DNA of 32,000 bases from Erysipelothrix inopinata (GTDB lineage: Bacteria > Bacillota_I > Bacilli_A > Erysipelotrichales > Erysipelotrichaceae). The stretch spans positions 1,770,001 to 1,802,000 of the forward strand of contig NZ_CP060715.1 of NCBI RefSeq assembly GCF_014396165.1, in the 5' to 3' direction. Below are positions 26,954 to 32,000 of this stretch, in pieces (the stretch's first letter is position 1; each line of letters begins with the position of its first letter). The notes beneath the pieces were generated by a model. The model saw only the letters and a list, made by a program, of their open reading frames with translations. It did no database searches and was not told the DNA's origin. The translations under genes were made by a program, and so were the position numbers.

Positions 26954-27608
26954 CGTACCCTACCCCTCTCAATGAGCTAATTTTGACATTAGAATTTTCT
27001 AATTTATTTCTTAATTTAAAAACATGAACATCAACGATGCGTGTATCACCATCATAATCAAAATTCCATATTTCAGACAGAATCTGATCACGAGATAACA
27101 CAATGTCGACGTTTTGTAATAGATAGACTAATAAATCAAATTCTTTCTTAGTGAGTTCGATTTCTTCATTGTCTATCGTTACACGGTGCTTATCGAGCTG
27201 TACAATGACATCTTCCACTTCGATAGTATGTTCCGAGTTTGGACTCTTAGCACGTCGCAAATGCGCATTTATACGCGCTGACAATTCACGAGGTGAAAAT
27301 GGTTTCGTAAGATAATCATCGACTCCAGCTTCAAATGCTTCCAAAATATCAGTTTCTTCATCTTTTGCAGTAAGCATAATTAAGATAGAATCAATTTTTT
27401 TCTCGCGGAATGTCTCAACAAGTTCAATACCTGAATAAAATGGTAACATCCAGTCAACAATAATAACATCATAAGAATTAGCAAGTGCTAATGACATGCC
27501 TTCCTTGCCATCTTTTGCAGAATCAACTTCGAAGTTCATTTGTCTTAAATCATAACGCAGTAGACGACGAATTCCTTCTTCATCCTCAATTATGAGTATC
27601 TTTTTCAT
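26937..27608 (-). CDS. phoP: OmpR-family response regulator, PhoP-like
   Basis: MKKILIIEDEEGIRRLL...DVIIVDWMLP (receiver domain with Asp), and a winged-helix C-terminus (LTKKEFDLLVYL...VRGVGY). The start at 27608 follows GGAGGGAG. Confidence 0.9.
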   Translation of the reverse strand: MKKILIIEDEEGIRRLLRYDLRQMNFEVDSAKDGKEGMSLALANSYDVIIVDWMLPFYSGIELVETFREKKIDSILIMLTAKDEETDILEAFEAGVDDYLTKPFSPRELSARINAHLRRAKSPNSEHTIEVEDVIVQLDKHRVTIDNEEIELTKKEFDLLVYLLQNVDIVLSRDQILSEIWNFDYDGDTRIVDVHVFKLRNKLENSNVKISSLRGVGYVAKRK

Positions 27609-28560
27609 TTCGATCTCCCTCCGCAAATTTTTTCAATATCTTAATAACAAGTGGATGGCGCACAACATCAGAGTGTGCTAGATTAACAAAACTAATTTCA
27701 GGAATATCTGATAAGTACTCTTGAGCTACTTTCAGACCCGATTGTTGATGTCGAGGTAAATCAATTTGATCAACATCTCCAGTCACAATCATTTTAGAAT
27801 TACGTCCAAGTCGTGACAAGAACATCATCATCTGTGCCTTTGTTGTGTTTTGAGCCTCATCTAAGATTACAACGGCATCATCAAGTGTACGGCCTCGCAT
27901 ATAGGCAAGTGGTGCAATTTCAATGATACCTTTCTCAATGTATCGTTGTACTCTTTCAGCTGATAACATATCATCAAGCGCATCATAGAGTGGTCTTAAG
28001 TAAGGGTCTACCTTTTCTTTGAGATCTCCAGGAAGAAACCCTAGATTTTCACCGGCCTCTACAGCAGGACGCGTAAGAATAATCTTTTGAATCTCACCTT
28101 TTTTTAGAAGATCAACTGCATAACAAACAGCAAGATACGTTTTACCCGTTCCTGCAGGGCCTACAGCAAATGTTAAATCATGACTTCTAATTTCATCGAT
28201 AAATTTCTTTTGACCTAATGTTTTAGGACGAATTGGTTTCCCAGAGAATGAACGCGTAAATACTTCATCAAGCATTTCTACAAATCGTTCTTGTTTCCCA
28301 CGACGAATAATGTCTCTCAGATAGTCCATATCTTCAACATCTACATGACCATATTTTTCCAACATTAAAACTAACAAGTTAATTAATTCTTTTGCTTCAG
28401 ATACGGCTTCTTCATCTCCAACAAGTTCCAGAGAATTATTAGAGAGGTTAATATCAATACGATAAAAAGTTTCAATATCACGAATGATTTTATTTTCAAC
28501 TCCAACTAAATTTTGAAGTGAAACATCATGTTCTAATAGATTAATTGTTTGACGAGCCAA
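27586..28560 (-). CDS. phoH: PhoH-family ATPase
   Basis: Walker A GPAGTGKTYLA, Walker B VILDEAQN, and the conserved PhoH C-terminus. TTG 28560 lies 7 nt after AAGGAGG and is preferred. The ATG at 28590 lies immediately downstream of the rpsU terminator U-tract and has no SD. Confidence 0.85.
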   Translation of the reverse strand: MARQTINLLEHDVSLQNLVGVENKIIRDIETFYRIDINLSNNSLELVGDEEAVSEAKELINLLVLMLEKYGHVDVEDMDYLRDIIRRGKQERFVEMLDEVFTRSFSGKPIRPKTLGQKKFIDEIRSHDLTFAVGPAGTGKTYLAVCYAVDLLKKGEIQKIILTRPAVEAGENLGFLPGDLKEKVDPYLRPLYDALDDMLSAERVQRYIEKGIIEIAPLAYMRGRTLDDAVVILDEAQNTTKAQMMMFLSRLGRNSKMIVTGDVDQIDLPRHQQSGLKVAQEYLSDIPEISFVNLAHSDVVRHPLVIKILKKFAEGDRNEKDTHN

Positions 28561-28593
28561 ATCATTTCCTCCTTGATATAGGTCTATCATATC

Positions 28594-28620
28594 ATAAAAA
28601 AAGAAGCACGAATGCTTCTT
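28594..28620 (-). terminator. rho-independent terminator after rpsU
   Basis: Minus strand: AAGAAGCA-UUCG-UGCUUCUU followed by UUUU. Confidence 0.8.
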
Positions 28621-28627
28621 TGATATC

Positions 28628-28813
28628 TTATTTACGTTTTTTACGACGTGCTTTTCTTGCTGCTTCCGACTTCATTTTACGACGGACGCCTGGTTTAACA
28701 TAAAACTCTCTTTTGCGAGCCTCAGCAAGGGTACCATTACGAGATACTTGACGTTTGAAACGGCGTAATGCGTCATCCAAACCTTCGTTCTCTTTGACTA
28801 CTACTCTAGACAT
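28628..28813 (-). CDS. rpsU: 30S ribosomal protein S21
   Basis: [42 protein letters not shown]... with a basic tail. GGGAGG lies upstream of ATG 28813. Confidence 0.95.
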   Translation of the reverse strand: MSRVVVKENEGLDDALRRFKRQVSRNGTLAEARKREFYVKPGVRRKMKSEAARKARRKKRK

Positions 28814-28844
28814 AACTGACCTCCCTTCTGATGCAAGCAAGATT

Positions 28845-28872
28845 ATTATACCACTTCACATATCAAAATCAA
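28845..28872 (-). promoter_or_regulatory. strong sigma-A type promoter for rpsU
   Basis: Minus strand: TTGATT, a 16-nt spacer, then TGgTATAAT (extended -10), about 30 nt upstream of the rpsU ATG. Confidence 0.6.
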
Positions 28873-28957
28873 GCAATATTTTAGGAATAAGTGATAATAA
28901 TACGAACTTAAAAGCCCTTTTTATAAATCAAGCCATAAATAACGATTTATAGGCTAT

Positions 28958-30055
28958 TTATTCACTACTAAAATACGATTCAACGATTTCAAATTTAAGT
29001 GTAGAACAGTTAAATCTCGCTTGTATTCCATACGGAATCAATGTTCTAGGATAACTATGTCCAAAATTAAAATTAAAAATAACAGGAATATCCTTCAAGG
29101 CATTTTTTTGTTCAAGAATTGTGCGATACTCAGAGTAGAAAACTTCATCTTGAGGTTTACCAAGTAGGATCATTTTTACCGATGTGAGGAACTCATTTTC
29201 TATCAATACATCAATCATTGATTCGAATTGCTCTGGAGTCGCCTTTACTTCGCTTGTTTCAAGAAATAATATCATCTCTGATAATTCATTCTGATGTGGT
29301 ATTAAGTCAAATCTACCAATGATACTTGGAATATTCTGATAACGTTCATCACCAATAAACATGTTAGTAATGCTCTCCAAACATCCTCCAAATAGTTTCC
29401 CCTCAACAATCCCTTCACCACGGATTAAATCATAACCACGCAGCTCACTGTGACTTACTCGAGGAGTCCCTAGCTGTGAGGAATCAAATTGTTTTCTTTC
29501 CTCGTACCATCTATCACTCGATTCAATTTGATAAGGAAATGTACTTCCGAAAAATCTCCGAAACTCATTTAATGTATAAGCTAACATTTCATCATCCAGT
29601 TCTGCGATATCATTTAAAAAGTTTGGTCCATAGAAAGAAACCATGCCAAGTTTATGGAACATAAAGTGGTTGTTGGTTGTATCCGAAAACCCCGTAAATA
29701 TCTTAGGATTGTCGATAATCAGCTGTTTAAAGTCCTCATTCATCAAGTAAGGTATTGTACGATAGGTATCAATACCACCTATCGCGCAAAGTACTCCTTT
29801 AATCGTTCGATCAGAAAAAGCTTGGATAAGATCTTGAGCTCGAGCCTCAGGATGTTCTTCAAGATACGAAACACCACGAAGACTATTATTCATAAAGACA
29901 GGAATTAAGCCCAACTTTTCAAGTCTTTCGATTCCTAACTCAACTTGATGCTTACAAAAAGGCTCTCCCAAAATACCGCTAGACAGACTTACGATAGCAA
30001 TGCGATCTCCTTTTTTAAGAGGACTTGGCTTCATCATTTCAGTATGGATATTCAT
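28958..30055 (-). CDS. S66-family LD-carboxypeptidase / MccF-like serine peptidase
   Basis: KKGDRIAIVSLSSG, the nucleophile motif FTGFSDTT, and C-terminal NFNFGHSYP (catalytic His region). About 365 aa, i.e. the long MccF-like form. The start at 30055 follows AAGGAAGGTGG. Confidence 0.8.
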   Translation of the reverse strand: MNIHTEMMKPSPLKKGDRIAIVSLSSGILGEPFCKHQVELGIERLEKLGLIPVFMNNSLRGVSYLEEHPEARAQDLIQAFSDRTIKGVLCAIGGIDTYRTIPYLMNEDFKQLIIDNPKIFTGFSDTTNNHFMFHKLGMVSFYGPNFLNDIAELDDEMLAYTLNEFRRFFGSTFPYQIESSDRWYEERKQFDSSQLGTPRVSHSELRGYDLIRGEGIVEGKLFGGCLESITNMFIGDERYQNIPSIIGRFDLIPHQNELSEMILFLETSEVKATPEQFESMIDVLIENEFLTSVKMILLGKPQDEVFYSEYRTILEQKNALKDIPVIFNFNFGHSYPRTLIPYGIQARFNCSTLKFEIVESYFSSE

Positions 30056-30103
30056 GATCCACCTTCCTTTCAATCCAGAAAGTTACAAGATTCAATAAAT
30101 TCA

Positions 30104-31105
30104 TTAAGAAATGTAAAGAATTTCTTTAACGAGCCCTTGTTCATCTTCAGTGATGGTATACCAGTAGCTATTGTCATTGAGGACTTGCCAACGACGTTCT
30201 TCCTTGATGTAAGACCAATCCTTATCATTTTGATAATAGAGTTGTGTATCTCGAGCTTCTAAAATATTTAGAATTTGATTATCATGATAGTTAAATTCAT
30301 CAAAGTCAGTAAATGCTTTATTTCCCATTTCTGAGTAAAGATCATTGAGTTCGAGTAAGAGATCGTGCACCTCAGTATCGAGTTTGTCCACGTTCAATCC
30401 TAATTCTTGCGCTTCACGAAGCATAATTGGGAATGAATGTGCAGGATATTCACTATTTAATTTCGTACTGATACGTTCTCTTTCTTCTTTATTGTGGTTG
30501 TGGTAGGCTAAAATGCTGTCCGCCACGCGAATTGATAGTGAACTCGATCGGTCAAGTGAACCCAAGATAATCGGGTGGATATACTTATAAAGTTCTTGGT
30601 AATGGTGAACAGAATCTTCTGGAGCATTTTCTTCCCAAAGTCGTTCAAGCCTTTGAATTTCATCTTGAGAAACAGAGACTTTAGCATTTGTAACAGGATC
30701 AATGGGAGATAGTTGATGACGTTTGGATGAGTCAATCGGTGTAAGATAAGCCAATGGACCCATTGATATTTTATCAGCACCCAACGCAATTAGAGTTGCT
30801 GCCGATGCACATTCCAATGGAATCAGGGCGTTGACATTTTCAGCATAATTACGAATCACATTAACAATTCGCAGTGAGGCAACCGTGTCACCACCATCTG
30901 ACTTAATAAAGATAGCCACTTTATCAATATTGCCAACGTCTTTAAAGAGCTTATAGAAGGCTTGAACATCATTTTGACATACTGCCCCGTTAAATGAATT
31001 CCAATAAACAATCATTGGCATACCAATCTTCGCTTCAATCTTCTTAATTAATGCTTGTGTCTCGATGAATTTCATCGAGGGTTGTTTAATTTCAATATCA
31101 CTCAT
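30104..31105 (-). CDS. SDH-family Clp-fold serine protease (ClpP/SppA-like), cytosolic, with an uncharacterised C-terminal extension
   Basis: IFIKSDGGDTVASLRIVNVIRNY...ALIPLECASAATLIALGADKISMGPLAYLTPIDS matches the SDH proteinase pattern (S/TxGG...A.SA.TLiALgAd.I.M....LgPiDp). There is no signal peptide or TM segment. The start at 31105 follows GGAGG. Confidence 0.7.
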   Translation of the reverse strand: MSDIEIKQPSMKFIETQALIKKIEAKIGMPMIVYWNSFNGAVCQNDVQAFYKLFKDVGNIDKVAIFIKSDGGDTVASLRIVNVIRNYAENVNALIPLECASAATLIALGADKISMGPLAYLTPIDSSKRHQLSPIDPVTNAKVSVSQDEIQRLERLWEENAPEDSVHHYQELYKYIHPIILGSLDRSSSLSIRVADSILAYHNHNKEERERISTKLNSEYPAHSFPIMLREAQELGLNVDKLDTEVHDLLLELNDLYSEMGNKAFTDFDEFNYHDNQILNILEARDTQLYYQNDKDWSYIKEERRWQVLNDNSYWYTITEDEQGLVKEILYIS

Positions 31106-31194
31106 AATAAAACCTCCAATAAAATCATCATACACTAACTACACTTTGCTGGTCTATATTATCCAACCACAATTCATTGAAACTTCATAATGCA

Positions 31195-31225
31195 AAAGAA
31201 AAACCGCTTCTTTCGAAGAGGTTTT
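31195..31225 (-). terminator. rho-independent terminator after deoC
   Basis: Minus strand: AACCUCUUC-GAAA-GAAGCGGUU (one mismatch) followed by UUUUCUUUU. Confidence 0.65.
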
Positions 31226-31234
31226 ATAGTAATC

Positions 31235-31897
31235 TTAGTAATTTGAATCTGATTTTTGACCTTCCATGATTGCGACGCCTGAAGATGCTCCGATACGTGT
31301 TGCTCCAGCTTCAACGAGTGCATTTACGTCTTCAATAGAACGAACACCACCCGATGCTTTAACTTGCGCACGGTCTTTCACAGTATCTTTCATGATTTTA
31401 ACATCTTTGACTGTAGCTCCACCTGTTGAGAATCCTGTTGATGTCTTAACGAAATCAGCACCTGCAGCAACCGCAAGTTCACTAACTTTTGCGATTTCTT
31501 CGTCGGTTAGAAGACATGCTTCAATAATAACTTTAAGCACTTTAGATCCAACTGCCTCTTTTAGGACGCGAATTTCTTCTTGAACAAAATCATACTTTTT
31601 GTCTTTTAATGCCGAAATATTGATAACCATATCAACTTCATCTGCACCATTTTTAAGAGCGTCTTGAGTTTCAAATAACTTTGTAGCTGTTGTTGTTGCT
31701 CCTAATGGGAATCCCACAACTGTACAAACTTTAACATCTGAATCTTTAAGCAATTCATGGCTAAGAGCCACAAATCCTGGATTAATACATACTGACATAA
31801 AGTCGTATTGTTTTGCTTCTTCGCAAAGTGTACGAATTTGTGCTTCCGTTGCATCTGGTTTTAATAATGTGTGATCGATTAATTTATTGATTTTCAT
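31235..31897 (-). CDS. deoC: deoxyribose-phosphate aldolase
   Basis: [21 protein letters not shown]..., [16 protein letters not shown], and the Schiff-base lysine region DFVKTSTGF. The start at 31897 follows GGAGGAAAAGAAA. Confidence 0.95.
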   Translation of the reverse strand: MKINKLIDHTLLKPDATEAQIRTLCEEAKQYDFMSVCINPGFVALSHELLKDSDVKVCTVVGFPLGATTTATKLFETQDALKNGADEVDMVINISALKDKKYDFVQEEIRVLKEAVGSKVLKVIIEACLLTDEEIAKVSELAVAAGADFVKTSTGFSTGGATVKDVKIMKDTVKDRAQVKASGGVRSIEDVNALVEAGATRIGASSGVAIMEGQKSDSNY

Positions 31898-32000
31898 TTT
31901 CTTTTCCTCCATATAGTTCATTTAATATTTCTGTGGCGCAAACTTCATCGCCCATCCAAACCTCTTTACCATAATCTCTATAGATGAATTTTTCTTCACC
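31884..32000 (-). CDS. 3' end of an unidentified upstream gene (partial)
   Basis: A frame open from the right edge reads ...[38 protein letters not shown]. Its A/T-rich third positions match local codon usage better than the alternative frame. It overlaps deoC by 14 nt. The product is not recognisable. Confidence 0.35.
   Translation of the reverse strand, partial: GEEKFIYRDYGKEVWMGDEVCATEILNELYGGKENENQ

Noticed and set aside
28925-28957. Hairpin AGCCUAUAAAU-CGUU-AUUUAUGGCU after the S66 peptidase gene, considered as a terminator.
   Set aside because: The stem is AT-rich with a bulge and is not followed by a U-tract. It may still pause transcription, but I cannot support a terminator call.
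2259-30789. Nested or out-of-frame minus-strand ORFs: 2259-2495, 8476-8697, 13807-14016, 20355-20549, 30508-30789, and the long form of 3563-3781.
   Set aside because: They overlap efp, the PBP, dnaG, the surface protein, the SDH protease and comGD in alternative frames. Their composition is atypical and they have no motifs. Only the last 29 codons of 3563-3781 (the prepilin-like part) were kept as a low-confidence feature.
31106-31194. I searched for a promoter for the SDH protease gene. The region contains a TAATAT hexamer.
   Set aside because: There is no acceptable -35 at 16-18 nt and no TG extension, so it is not distinguishable from AT-rich background.
152-31583. All plus-strand ORFs in the track: 152-409, 749-973, 1126-1329, 1975-2208, 4283-4474, 6946-7131, 7828-8013, 9959-10288, 11713-11991, 12005-12193, 12502-12714, 16797-16985, 17364-17585, 17806-18078, 21818-22012, 24598-24783, 25736-26089, 26334-26528, 28755-28952, 29476-29664, 29654-29908, 29945-30262, 31266-31583.
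   Set aside because: Each lies antisense to a minus-strand gene with strong motif support. Their low-complexity compositions mirror the opposite strand; for example, the Ser-rich 749-973 and 12005-12193 are the reverse complements of D/E-rich tracts. None has an SD sequence or a recognisable motif.
1-32000. Possibility of a Mollicutes-type genetic code (UGA = Trp), given the low GC and the compact genes.
   Set aside because: Several well-supported genes end at TGA at the expected protein length (comGB, trmK, era). All Trp residues in conserved motifs are encoded by TGG.
1-32000. I searched for mobile-element hallmarks (integrase, transposase, inverted terminal repeats, tRNA attachment sites) and for known defence genes.
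   Set aside because: None were found. Every ORF of at least 60 aa on the coding strand is accounted for by the features listed.

Overview
Low-GC (roughly one-third G+C) Gram-positive (Bacillota-type) chromosomal segment. Every gene I can support lies on the minus strand, with many 1-26 nt start/stop overlaps. The code is standard 11: TGA is used as a stop and TGG encodes Trp. Transcription order, from high to low coordinates: [partial ORF] - deoC - SDH/Clp-fold serine protease - S66 LD-carboxypeptidase-like peptidase - rpsU - phoH - phoP - phoR - pstS - pstC - pstA - pstB - phoU - LPXTG surface protein with tandem repeats - ybeY - dgkA - era - recO - glyQS - dnaG - sigA - trmK - DEAD-box helicase (cshB-like) - class B PBP - rpmG - MBL hydrolase - comGA..comGG competence pseudopilus operon - efp - FMN riboswitch + ribU - acidic tail-anchored protein - cmk (partial). 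From memory, this resembles a condensed version of the Bacillus subtilis yqe-yqh region (rpsU...phoH-ybeY-dgkA-era-recO...dnaG-sigA...cshB...comG...efp). I see no tRNA/rRNA, CRISPR array, IS element, integrase or prophage signature, and no recognisable defence system, so this is mostly a core housekeeping window. The least ordinary parts are: (1) the minor-pilin end of the comG operon, with a 29-codon prepilin-like mini-ORF and a pilin gene that needs an ATT start; (2) a 958-aa LPXTG protein with near-identical 219-bp tandem repeats, forming its own transcription unit between phoU and ybeY; (3) an uncharacterised cytosolic Clp-fold serine protease plus MccF-like S66 peptidase pair between deoC and rpsU; (4) a phoH-phoPR-pstSCAB-phoU supercluster including a PstA with a ~150-aa extracytoplasmic loop. 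All functional calls rest on motifs read directly from the translations; no database search was possible.
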